Below, one piece after another: positions 52,680 through 64,000 of a stretch of 64,000 bases of DNA. Position numbers and translations under genes: made by a program. How positions within the stretch are numbered: the first letter of the stretch is position 1; each line of letters begins with the position of its first letter. Below the pieces are notes generated by a model that saw only the letters and a program-made list of their open reading frames with translations, made no database searches and was not told the origin of the DNA. Source of the DNA: Neoconidiobolus thromboides FSU 785 (Eukaryota > Fungi > Entomophthoromycota); assembly GCA_025603075.1 (NCBI GenBank), contig MU626373.1, forward strand, positions 1-64,000, written 5' to 3'.

Positions 52680-55600
52680 TTAATATTAGATAAATATATA
52701 CAGTTTCCAATTTATGAAATTATACCTGATCTATTACAAGTAGATTATATCATTCATACTTTAATCAATTTATCTAAATCAGAAGGTAAATCATTTATTG
52801 ATGAATTTATTACTACAACTTTGTTTGATGGTCAATTTCCAATAATAATTAATAATAATATATTACCAGATACAACATATTTTAACTATTTTCTAGAATT
52901 AATAATATGTTTTTTAATAACGGATGTTCCATGCAATATAACACGAAAGAAACAAAAACAAAATTTGAGTTTATATTGTTCTATTTCACAATTGTTATTA
53001 TTATGGTTACCATATACTAAAGATAAAATAGAATATCATAAATCAAATCAAATTATTTATAATGAACTATTAGATATTATTACATTAAGATTAGAATATT
53101 GGATCATTAAACAAGAAATTATTGTACAAATTGAATATTTGTCATTATTTCTATGGCTAATTAAAGAAAATTCAACTATTTATAAAAAATTAGATAATAA
53201 TAAATTACAATATAAAATTGATAACTGTTTATCAAATGGATATTATCCAATAATAATGAATGTGGAGGAAAGTAATAATAATAATAATAACAATAATAAT
53301 AATAATAATAAGGGAACAATATATTTAAAATCATTATTAATTTTAGTAATGCAACAAAAAGACAGTAATAAAATAATATTAAATTGGTTTGAAATATTTT
53401 TATTATCAATCCCTTTATTAAATAGTATAGAATCCTTTCAATTAATTATTGAACCAGTATTGAATTGTGCCCAATTACAAATTCAATATATAAATTATAA
53501 CAGTATTGAAATTACAATTGAATTTTTAAATCATTGTTATTCCAAATTAGCTAATTGTTTAGGTGTTAAGAAATGGATTAATTTATCAACAACAAAAAAT
53601 AAAAAATATTCAACATTTGATCGATTAATTAATTCAAATAATAACCAATTAATTAAATTTGATCAACAAATACTGAATTGTGTTATTGAACGATTACCTA
53701 AATTTATTGTAGATTTAATAGAATGTTATTTTGTATTAAACGAAAAAAATAAGAATAAGAACGAAAACAAAAATGAAAACTGTAATTGTAACTATTCTAA
53801 AGATAAAATACAATATCAAATTATTAATTGTTTGGAAAACTTATCGAGTTTATTTTATAAAGATTTTTTTATTGCATTTGTACAGGCTTGGCAATTATTA
53901 GATAATGATAGTAATTGGAAGGTAAATTATAAAAATAAGAAAAGTAACTGATAATAAGAAATTAATTGTCAATTTTTTTATTATAGGAAGAAAATAAGAA
54001 AAATGAAAAACAAAAAGAACTATTGAATTTACTATTTAAATCAACCAGCTTTTCTTTATCTTCATTCTTTTTTGAATGGCTACAATTAGCTAGAAAAAAA
54101 GTACAGGAAGCTTCAGTTAATAGGAGTTATAAAGTAAAAGAAAATGAAGGAAAAATTTGGTAAGATTTTTGATTAAGTATAGTAATTCTATTAATTATTA
54201 ACTATTTTATTTTAATTAGTTCTGATTTAACAATCTTAAAATTTTTGGATGATTTTTTGTTATCGTTTCCAATTAATAGAGATAATACCTTGGCATCTAT
54301 GTGGTCTATATTTATTACTTTCTATAAAGATGTATTATATTCTATTAATTCCCATAAATATTTATTATATCCTTTATTAAGGTAAAATTATCTCATTATC
54401 AATATATAAAATAATGTTTGTTAATTATTAATTCTAGCTTATTTATTCAATTTTGTAAACACTCAGGTACAATTGTAGATATTCAAGATAAAAAATTAAA
54501 AAAAGAAATTCAAGTAAGTTTAATTTTTGTATTATAAATCATTATAATTATGATTTAATATGTTTTTAGGAAACATTTCAAAAATTAATAGATTTAGTTA
54601 TTACAATAACAAGTAAAGCTAATGAACAATCCTCATGGTTAGGGTTAGCTAGTTCAGCCAGTGAAGATCATTTAGTATTGTTTGATGGTATACCTAATCT
54701 TTATTATAATAATACTCAAATGAAACCAGAGATATTAAAACAAATTGAAGAAAATAATATAAGAATAGAAACCTTAAATTTGTATCAAATATTATCATTT
54801 TTTGATCAAAATTTAATGGAAAATATTCAACTATATTTGTATGATAATGATAAAGTATTAAATTTTTTTAACAATTTAATGTATTATTTTGTTACCCCAA
54901 ATTTAAAAGACAATAACTTTTGTTATACTATGGTACTTAAATTGATGTGTAAAATGAGTCAATTAGATTTTGCATATAAAAGCTGGAAAAGAGAAGGTTG
55001 GGAAAAGTTTTTGGATTTGAGTTTTTTTAATCAGAATAAGGAAAATATAAGTTATTGGTTGAAATTAATTAAAGTAATAGTTAAAAATGAAGGGGACAAG
55101 ATTCATGAAATTATAGGTAAGTTTATAAAATTAAAAAAAATTGTAGTATATTGCTTATTAGTGGAATATTTTTATAGGTCGTATTTCTTCTACACCTTCT
55201 AATTTATTTAGTAATCGAGACTTTGAAATTCAAACCTCAGCAATGATGTTAAGAAGATTAGCATTTATTATATTTTGTGGGGAAATCGATGAGCACTTAA
55301 TTGCTTTACCAACAATTCAAGAAAAATTAGTAGAATTGATCAAAAGCTCCTCACCCGATTCAATAGCTAGTGAGGTATTTTTATGTTTACGAGTGATGTT
55401 GTGTCGATATTCCGCTCATTTATTGAGTAGCTTTTGGCCCATTATAATAACGGAATTAATACCAATTTATCAAAGTATTAAATTATATAGTATACAAACA
55501 CAATCTAAACCAGCAATTACAAACATCACATTGGAAGAAGAACAAAAAGCGAACTTTATTTTATCTACGTTAAAGTTTTTAGATACATTATTTACATTAC

Positions 55601-56066
55601 AAATTGAAGAATTTCAAATGTACCAATGGATTTTTATTAATGAAACATTAGATTTTATTTCAGCAAGCAAAACAACAAATTCTTCCCTTTTAGATAAACT
55701 AGGTAAAAATCCATTGACTAAACAGATATTGGTAAATGTTTTTATTTATATTATAATAGAATGATACTAACTAGCAATAATAATTAATAGAATGACTCTG
55801 ATTATTGTAATAAGACAATAAGTAAAAGAAAACCAAACTTAAAAATGAAAAAAATTGAACATTTGAATCAATTAGAACCTTTTTTTAATCAAATTAGTGC
55901 CAAGACGTTTACAAATACATTGAATTTATTACAACCAGATGTTGAAGAAGTGGAGTTTATTTTGTTAAATGATTTTATCATACATGATAATTTAGAATTG
56001 AATGATAGAACCGAAAATGATAGGAATGATAGTCGTGATGGTAATGAAATCGAAAAGGAAGGTTAA
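49641..56066 (+). CDS. DOP1: Dopey/Dop1 endosome-Golgi trafficking protein (multi-exon)
   Basis: N-terminal Dopey motifs SEWADVSAFLSRLQK, KRLAQCLNPALPTGVHQKAL, LLPGIEEEGNEYF, RDMSLNRRVYAWLLG; C-terminal LRRLAFIIF, EVFLCLRV, FWPIIITEL. Confidence 0.92.
52617..52679 (+). repeat. (AAT)21 coding microsatellite giving poly-Asn in DOP1
   Basis: Uninterrupted AAT run in frame; a second N11 tract at about 53274-53306. Confidence 0.95.
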
Positions 56067-56147
56067 TGTAGAGATAAGAAATCAGAAGTAGATGTGTTGA
56101 ATATATACATATATATATAATAAATATAAATTAAATAAATAGTATAG

Positions 56148-56149
<2 letters not shown>

Positions 56150-56193
<44 letters not shown>
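56150..56193. repeat. (TTA)n microsatellite between the convergent DOP1 and KXD1 3' ends
   Basis: About 14 perfect TTA units. Confidence 0.9.
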
Positions 56194-56205
56194 TAAATGC
56201 TTTTT

Positions 56206-56808
56206 TTAATCATCTTCTACCTCAATATCGGGATATTCTAATTGAATTTGCTTTAATATACTTGGATGTTGACTTGCTAACCGAGATTTTATTGTTCTAA
56301 TTTTATTTAGAAATTCAATTCAATTAATAAAATGAAATTAATAGAATAATTTTGTTTACCTTATCCTTTTAAAAATCAACTGTAGTTCAGATTGAAACTT
56401 TTGAATTTTTAAAGTATGATGATCAAATTTGTTTGATAAGTTATAATATTTTTGATTAGCTAATTCATGAAATTGTTTGCTTTCAATAATGATATCGCGT
56501 AATTGATGAATACTAAACAAACCAAATATTAACAATTAATAAATTCATTTATAAAGTTTAAAAATAAAAACTTACTTTTCTTCTTGCTTTTCATTAATTG
56601 AATTTAAATCCTCATCATCAACTATATTTTCTAATGGGGAAGATAAGCTTTTTAAAGAGGTGTCTAATCTTAATCCACTAGTTGAATTCGTTTTTAAATT
56701 AATAAATGGTGGATTAGAACTTGACGCTCTTGAATGGGTAGAGCCAGGTGTATTAGGAGTGGAATTAAAATTACTTAATGAAGGTCTTAATGGAGAGTTG
56801 GAATCCAT
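56206..56808 (-). CDS. KXD1: KxDL-domain protein (KXD1, BLOC-1/BORC subunit-like), 3 exons
   Basis: Spliced C-terminus FDHHTLKIQKFQSELQLIFKRIR/TIKSRLASQHPS parallels KXD1 F.HHT..L.EMK.DLD.IF.RIR.LK.KL..QHP; S/P-rich N-terminus. Confidence 0.7.
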
Positions 56809-57149
56809 TGATAAACTTGAAGTTTTAAGAAATTGAATTATAATTAATCAAATCTAAAAAATGAATAATCAATTCAATTTGGTGGCTCTTTTTTTGAAAG
56901 CTATTTTAAAATATCTCTTTTTTGATTGGTTGATATGTTGAGGAAGAATGGAGTTGACGTGAATATAGTAATATTCTCTTCAAAAGTAACAAGATAATAA
57001 TAGTATTAAGCAGAATCAATAAATCAACGAAAATAAGTAAACTAATTGAAATCACAATTAGTTTATTATAATATATTAAATAAAGAGATTCAAAACTTAA
57101 AACAGATTATAATATTTTATTTTATTTTTATAAAAACTATTTCAATAAT

Positions 57150-57885
57150 TTAAGCTGGACTTTGCATACCAACTACTCGATCTAACAACTAATAAAAGAA
57201 ATCAATTAATTAATTAATAATAAAATTTCAAAAAGTTACTCTAGCAACAAAAGGAAAATTAAGTAGTGTACCAACAAAAGGAATAGATCTTAAAAATCTC
57301 AATATAATTGGAAAGAAATCACTAAAAATAAATAACATTAATATAAACATTATCATTTTAAAAAAACAACTAAAAATAGCATGTTAATAAAGCAACTTAC
57401 CCGAATAAATTAATAAAACCAACTACTTCAATCATCAAGCCAATAACTCGCCATTTTAAAAAGACCATTATTAATCCAATACAAAAACATAATGTACCTC
57501 GCCACTTTTTCGTTTGGAAACAAAATTCCATTGATTTTTGAGGACCGATGACTAACACTCCGCCAACAACAAAGAGGATCTATTTAATGAAAAGATTTTA
57601 ATTAATTAATTTAATAAGAAGAAATAATATTAAATATAGAAAATAAAATGAGCAATGAGATAATCAAGTAAATTATTAATAATTATGAGCTTAAATAAAT
57701 AATACTTACATTTCCCATAGCTATTAAAGCGGCATCAAATAATAATAAAATACCCAAAAAGATAAAGAATAAACCAAAGGATAGAAGGCCAACCCCAATT
57801 TCTAATTTGATTAAATAAAAAATCAATTACGTATACTAACAATAAAAGCTGTTTGAAGTTTACTTTGTGTTTCTGATAACCACAT
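57150..57885 (-). CDS. GOT1: Golgi transport protein Got1 (5 exons; missed by the ORF track)
   Basis: [38 protein letters not shown]/ILF...KKWRGTLCFCIG...IEVVGFINLFG/DFFPIILRFLRSIPFVG. Confidence 0.92.
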
Positions 57886-58279
57886 TGTTACAAAAGAAGA
57901 ATAAGTATTCAGTAATTAAATGAATTAAACAAGCAATGCAAAATGAGATATTGATTATTGAAAGATTGCAAACAATTAAAATTGTGATTCAATTAAATTA
58001 TTGGAGATTTTGATTGGTTCAATTGGAATTTAATGATTCCAATTATTTTATTAATAATTTTTTAGCTATATAAAATTAGTAAGTTGTTTTATTTCTTTGT
58101 AAAAGCTCCATTAAATGTTTAATATTTAAACAAAAAATAGTTGAATTTAAATTATTCTATATATTTATATTATATAAAAGTATAAAGTGTTATTATTTAC
58201 AAAGAAACAAAATAAAGTAAAGTAAAAGGCATTTAGTAGATTTTAACTTATATTTATAAAGTAACGGATAAATTTGTGT

Positions 58280-58363
58280 ATATGAAGATGTATTTTTGTG
58301 TTTAATAGACACTTCATTTAATGTTACTTAACACTTGATGATTAATAATATGTCATCCCAATA
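58280..58363 (-). mobile_element. Internally deleted or degenerate MITE-like copy
   Basis: ATATGAAGATGTATTTTTGTGTTTAA at left and CATCCCAATA at right; interior does not align. Confidence 0.4.
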
Positions 58364-58959
58364 ATTCTTGTTATTTAACCAATTTATATTATTAATTTCA
58401 TAACTTCAATAACAAAATTTGAAGTATACTGAATTAATATAGTATTTAGTATCGAATATTATTTAACATTTGATCTTCATTATTCTATTAAAATTATAGG
58501 AAGGAACAATAGTTATTATTAAGCGTTTATTTACCTTATGATTTGATTTAATGGCCCCAGTTTATGCTTTAAAAATATTAACCGTTGATTATCAAATAAT
58601 ATTTATAGTTGAAGATATATTTTTTTTATTAAATTCTAGTTTTGTTTCTATTTTATATTAAAATCATTAAAATAAACTTTGAAGAGTAAGGAGGATGTAC
58701 ATAACTTATTATAAGTAGTAGATAGTAAATAAAAATATAAACATATTAGTTTAGATTTTTCTATTTCATTTTAAGAATTGGTAATCGGATTAATCAATAA
58801 ATTATTCATCTTTTTTAAAGGAACAACGGATACTTATTCTTTTGTGATGCACCAAAGTAAAGTTAAAGGGCCTTTAAAAAAAGATATAAATAGTTCAAGT
58901 AAAGAAAAGAAACATATAAGCATAATATTTGTCTTACTATTGTATATATTCTATTCCAA

Positions 58960-59934
58960 ATGGCCATTAAAGATTTGTATGAAAGGATCATGTCCACAAC
59001 AAGACTTAGAAGAATCTTTCTCACCTTTATAGGTGTTTGTATTTGGTGTATCATCGTGATTCCAGTTGTTATAAAAATTCATGATCCAGAATTAAGAGAA
59101 GTCAAAAATTCATTACCTGACTATGTACCTGAAGGATATACGCTTTTAGAAGATGAACTTAAAGACAAAAAGGCATTTAGTGGTGTTGCGTTGTTTCTTT
59201 CATTTCAATCTGTAGAAGCACCAGCTCGTAAAATTAATTTACTTGCTAAATTTAAAATGACTGGGGAAGACTATGTAGATCAGTTCTCTAACTCGAATCA
59301 AAATGTTACTTGTAATTTATTATATGGGAAACAAACAATTATCAAGGGACAACCTATCAATAGCGTCAGTTTGACTATACCAATTATTTATGGAACTATT
59401 CGTGATTATCCACTGGAACAATATTATGCTTTATTGACGGCTATTTGTTTAGACTCTAAGAAGAAATCTATTCCATTAAGTATCTTTGTGGATAAAAGTT
59501 TAGTAAGTCATACACCAGAGATACAAGCGGAATTAATTAAAAATGGCAATAATAAAGAGAATTTCCTTGGTACTTATGATGATTTAGATGCTATAGCCAT
59601 TGCAATTGAATTAGCTACACCTAGTTCTAGTAAAGCATTTTCATTTTTCTTAATGGCCGTTATGTGGGGATTAGCTATCCCATATGGAATCATCACCTAT
59701 GATTATGTTATATCAAGACGTGAAGTACCTCCTCCTTTAATAGCTGTTGGTGTTTCTATTCTTTTTGCTTTACCAAGTATTAGAAATTCTCAACCTGGTT
59801 CTCCAGTTATGGGTTGTCTTGCAGATTATATTGCTTTCTTTTGGTGTATTGGTATCATTGCTGTTTGCATTATGTTCAACTTATTCTCATACGCCTTAAG
59901 ATGGAGAAAACCAGTTTCAGATTTAACTAAATAA
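58960..59934 (+). CDS. DUF4436-like membrane protein, paralog B (intronless)
   Basis: 324-aa ORF colinear with 25553-26524; RDYPLE, FALPSIRNSQPGSPVMGCLADYIAFFWC. Confidence 0.75.
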   Translation: MAIKDLYERIMSTTRLRRIFLTFIGVCIWCIIVIPVVIKIHDPELREVKNSLPDYVPEGYTLLEDELKDKKAFSGVALFLSFQSVEAPARKINLLAKFKMTGEDYVDQFSNSNQNVTCNLLYGKQTIIKGQPINSVSLTIPIIYGTIRDYPLEQYYALLTAICLDSKKKSIPLSIFVDKSLVSHTPEIQAELIKNGNNKENFLGTYDDLDAIAIAIELATPSSSKAFSFFLMAVMWGLAIPYGIITYDYVISRREVPPPLIAVGVSILFALPSIRNSQPGSPVMGCLADYIAFFWCIGIIAVCIMFNLFSYALRWRKPVSDLTK

Positions 59935-61133
59935 ATAGTTAATAGTTTGATAACAATTGTACCTTGACCCCCCCAAATTTTATTGCAATGTAATTATCTT
60001 TTAAATAAAATCGATTTTAAATATAAAATAATATCAAATTAAACAAATAAATAAATTAAACATGGAATCAAAATTAGTTTTGTCTTTATAAAATGTTCTC
60101 TTCTTCAACAATGTTACAAGAATATTACCATACTTTAAATATATGAGCAATAACTTTGGTTGTATTACTTTTTCACTAAATGGGATTCAAACTAGAGTAG
60201 GATAGTCTTTAAACTTATAGTTTATAATTTAAATTAAATGACAGAACTTTTAGATTAAGTTTGATCTATTCCTATATTCTTATTTAAATTAATATTATCA
60301 CCATCCAGTACTTAATATACCCTATTTAGATTAATATCACTTAAACTATTGGCCTTTAGATTATTTTTAGGCTATTAATACCTTATGTATATATTACTAG
60401 CAGTTCTATTTAACGTTTACTTAGTAGTGTCTTCATTTTAAAGCAGTATATGGAAAGGTTCTTGGTTTATTACTTTATCTACTTCTTCCCATTCAATCAT
60501 GATCAAAAGTAAATAAAATAATGAAATCAAAAAAGATATTCCTATACAGTTTTAATGATTCCATTGGATTCACAACCCTTTATTAAATTGTACACTTTAA
60601 TAAATGATTTAGATCAAGCATTCTTATCAATTTTAGTTTATAAACTAAGTTGAATCTTATAATAAATGATAGTTAGAGCTGTAAAACATTTCAACCCTTT
60701 TATAATATAGTTTGATAAATAGTATAAGACTTAATAATTTATGCAAACAACTTCTTTATTTGATATCACCTAAGTTGTCTAAAAAACAGAAGACAAAATA
60801 TTTAAACAATTTTGACGAGGGGTATGCTATTATAGTTGGTTTAATCTTTTCTTTTTAACATTAATTTTAACTTAAAATTATGTTACTCATTATAAAAGTA
60901 GGGAATAATTTTTTGTATTTACAGAATAAGTTTATTTTAAAATCTTTATTTGATGAACAATGACATTTAGTTCTAAAAAAAACTAAGAACCCTATAAAAT
61001 TCAAATTTAAATAAAACAGTTGGCAGTTTTGCCTCAAAACTTAAAAGCAAGTTTAATAAAACAACCAAAATAAGTTAAAATGTAAGATAATTTCATAAAG
61101 TAATTAATTTATTTTAAAAGTTTAAGTTAAGAA

Positions 61134-61676
61134 TTAATGGGGAACAGTTGGTTCTGGCATTGAAACAGGTTGTGCCTCAATATGAGATGGAGAAGATGCT
61201 GAATGTGTAATGTTTTTTTCAACCCCATTACTTCTATTGGTGAAATTTGGGATAAGCGGAGAGAATCCAAATTCAGGTGTAGTAAAATAAATTATCACTG
61301 AAGTTGCTGCGAAAGCTAATAATAAGATAAAACTGAGAATTCCATACCAAGCTATGCTGAAAGTTATCAAACTAAATAGGATATATAATGATGCTCTACC
61401 GATTGGGTGCAAGAAAAATAAACAATATTTATGATAGAAACCTTCTAAATCCTTAAACTCATAGGCTAATAAAAACGCAGCAAAAGCACTATAACATTTA
61501 TAAACTTAGTATAAAATATATTAAAAAACTTACTTGCAGTAAATACCACCAATAGCGAATACTGGATTATTGTACATCTGGGCGCTTAAAACCCAGTTAT
61601 TAAAACCATGGCAGATTAAAACAAAAGCAGCAGCTAAATTTATAAGTGAAGTAGAAATCTGAAGAATTGAAGACAT
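61134..61676 (-). CDS. TVP15/COPI-associated-like protein, paralog 3 (2 exons)
   Basis: MSSILQISTSLINLAAAFVLICHGF...GGIYCN/AFAAFLLAYEF...FFLHPIGRASLYILFSLITFSIAWYGILS; shares intron 1 with paralogs 1 and 2. Confidence 0.7.
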
Positions 61677-62186
61677 TGTAAATGTTATTTTAATAAAGCT
61701 AAAAAATAAAGTTGATTAATATTTTATTTCTCTTTTATACTTTTCAAGATTGAAATCACTCTCCCTTATTCTTAAGTTAAACAGATTAACCTTTTACACA
61801 GCAATAGAATTAATGCGATGTACCCGTCATTCGATTAAGGTTTGTTGTACTAGTTTAAAGTTATTGGTCAAATCTTGATTTTATATTGAATTATGTTATA
61901 AAACTACATTTAAGTATATATATTGTCCAATTAAGTTATGGATATTAACAAATTTAATATAAAAAAAACTAGAATTTATAATATAATAAAACTTAGAGAT
62001 GGAGAAGATTTTTGGTAATTACCCTTTAAATGTGTGATAATTTCATTTCAAAAATAAAACGCCGTTCTTAGTATTCTAGAAAGAAAATATAATATGCGGC
62101 TTATTTTTAAGCATAATGTTGCTACAAATTACTCAAACTTATTTATTGCTTCATAATAGAAATTAAATGAAAAGTGAAAAAAGAAC

Positions 62187-62285
62187 ATAGGCTGTATTTT
62201 TGTATCTAAGAATTTTATTAATTTTTCGCTTAAATAGTACTTAAAAGGTGGAAAAAGTGATGAAGCCAAAAAAATATCCTCATAT
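62187..62285 (-). mobile_element. MITE-like repeat copy
   Basis: GCTGTATTTTTGTATCTAAGAATTTTATTAA..TTCGCTTAAATAGTACTTAAAAGGTGGAAAAAGTGATGAAGCCAAAAAAATATCCTCATAT. Confidence 0.75.
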
Positions 62286-63099
62286 ATTGATTATTAGTCA
62301 ATTTGCCTAGAAGTCACTATATATTAACATTAAAAAGGTAAAGGTAGAATTTGATAAGCAAATAGATTAATTCGACTATTTGCTACTGATATATATAGAC
62401 AATATAAAAAGACGTTTCAACAAGAGTATAAAGTTAAAGACTAAATTGTACATGTTTGTTACTGTATGTAGGTATTTACACCTGGTATTATGTAAATACC
62501 TAACATTTTTACAAATGTGAAATGTGTAATGGGAATTATTTGACTGCGTACAAAAAATAAGACGACTTCTAAGTGTTGAATTTTTATTCTAAATTCTTAT
62601 TTTAGAAAAAGGATTCTTTAATCATCATTTGCTTGAATATTTTATTGTTTTGAAGTGACCTAGATCAAAACCTTATTCGAAATATTGTACCAGTTTTTTA
62701 CCCAATAAATTTATCAAATTGTAAATATTGTTTTGGGATAAAACAAATAGCATTGCCCATCCAGGTCAATTTAGTTAAAAAGAAAAATCTAATCTTCTAA
62801 AATATTATGCTACTCCAAAAAGTGTATAGAATTAATAAATTTGCATGTAATAATGTAAAACTTGACTAGCATTTATTTAACCATGATATAATGTTTTCAT
62901 AATCATGAAAGTAAAATAACTTATAGAAAAGTATAAATAGTGTTGATTTTATTCAATTTTAAATTAAGATCCTTGAACTCACATTTTATTTTCTATCAAT
63001 AAAATTTAGATTAATTTTAAATTTTAGACTTTGGCATTGAACCAGGCGTAGATGAATCATTCTTTGTAAAAGGGGTGTATTTTTATTATATTAAAATAT

Positions 63100-63867
63100 T
63101 TAAATGTTTTGATCAATAAAATCTCTAACTTCAGCAATACTAGTGTAAACTCCTGGGTAGCCAACCTTGGCACATCCTTCACCACGTGAAATAATACCTA
63201 CTAAAGTTACTTTTCCTTTAGCTGTAATAAAAACTGGACCTCCAGAATCACCTTGGCATGTATCTTTGGTTCCCTCAACATAACCAGCACAAAATTCTGA
63301 ACTATCTAATTGTTTATAAATTGATTTACATTTATCAAAATTAAAAACTGGCAATTTAGTTTCGAGTAAGACGGGAGAGTAAGCACCACTTTTGGCGATT
63401 GTACCCCATCCAGCTACCTTCAATAACTGGTTTTCTTTTTTATAAATCCCTTCAGTATCAAACTTCAACACTGAAAAATCAATATCTAATTTCTTGCTAG
63501 GTTCTACCTTCCAAATAGAGATATCAAAACCGGTTGGTGAGTCAATATATTTTGGATGCATTGTTCTGTTAACTACTTTGTATTCAGCACCATTTTCTTC
63601 GGCCGAGGGTAATGTAATATTATGACGATGAACCAAAACTGTCCAATTTTCATTTTCAGCAATCATACAATGAGCAGCAGTTATAACAGTATTACTATTG
63701 ATTAAAGTACCACCACATACAATCCAAGTTGATAATTTAAGAGTCACTAACCATGGGTAGCTAAACTTTGGAGATACTTCAGTACCGCCAACAATCCTTG
63801 GAGTTACTTGTAAGTTAGAAGCTTGAATTAAACCTAAAAATGCAATCAAGATACTATAAATCATCAT
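63100..63867 (-). CDS. Secreted trypsin-like serine protease (S1A), intronless
   Basis: Signal peptide, short propeptide ending R|IVGG, TAAHC (His), DISI (Asp), DTCQGDSGGP (Ser; Asp in S1 pocket), PGVYT. Confidence 0.95.
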   Translation of the reverse strand: MMIYSILIAFLGLIQASNLQVTPRIVGGTEVSPKFSYPWLVTLKLSTWIVCGGTLINSNTVITAAHCMIAENENWTVLVHRHNITLPSAEENGAEYKVVNRTMHPKYIDSPTGFDISIWKVEPSKKLDIDFSVLKFDTEGIYKKENQLLKVAGWGTIAKSGAYSPVLLETKLPVFNFDKCKSIYKQLDSSEFCAGYVEGTKDTCQGDSGGPVFITAKGKVTLVGIISRGEGCAKVGYPGVYTSIAEVRDFIDQNI

Positions 63868-64000
63868 TTTAATAAAGAAATTTGAAAAATAATCGTTGTT
63901 TTTATACTATTTTACAGCCTTAAGGTGTACTTTTATTTTTTAAGTGATGTTTTTTATTATTGAACAAATGTAGAAATATTAATAAATTAGTTTATTGGCT

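Overview
Very AT-rich eukaryotic genomic DNA with many short (about 45-60 nt) GT-AG introns. Gene content (ERG28, a fungal-type PDK, an MSC2-like Zn transporter, CRIPT, KXD1, a type-IIC-like P-ATPase, a secreted trypsin) points to an early-diverging fungus, plausibly Entomophthoromycotina/Conidiobolus-like (inference). I can support about 22 protein-coding genes. They form two dense housekeeping blocks (about 9.5-24.2 kb: MRPL27, a Rab5-group GTPase, UPF2, a CSN4-like PCI mini-protein, CRIPT, PDK, ERG28, a coiled-coil protein; about 42-58 kb: ValRS, MRPS12, CMC2, MSC2, DOP1, KXD1, GOT1). These alternate with gene-sparse, repeat-rich blocks (about 0-6, 24.2-41.9 and 58.2-64 kb) carrying a bHLH factor at the edge, two intronless DUF4436-like membrane proteins, a Na,K/H,K-type ATPase, three TVP15/COPI-associated paralogs and a trypsin. 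A ~105-bp MITE-like element occurs about 21 times, all intergenic, including head-to-head palindromic dimers. No tRNA, rRNA or CRISPR array was found. Most notable observations: (1) the PDK reading frame requires a single-nucleotide exon (G at 20674) between two normal-sized introns; (2) the DUF4436-like pair resembles Pro-loop (pentameric ligand-gated) channel subunits, and their membrane-domain DNA looks homogenised; (3) the MITE copies show CpG-specific decay and form fold-back dimers; (4) ValRS appears to lack its C-terminal coiled coil; (5) there is a stand-alone CSN4-like PCI module. All family assignments and counts were made by eye; no database searches were run.
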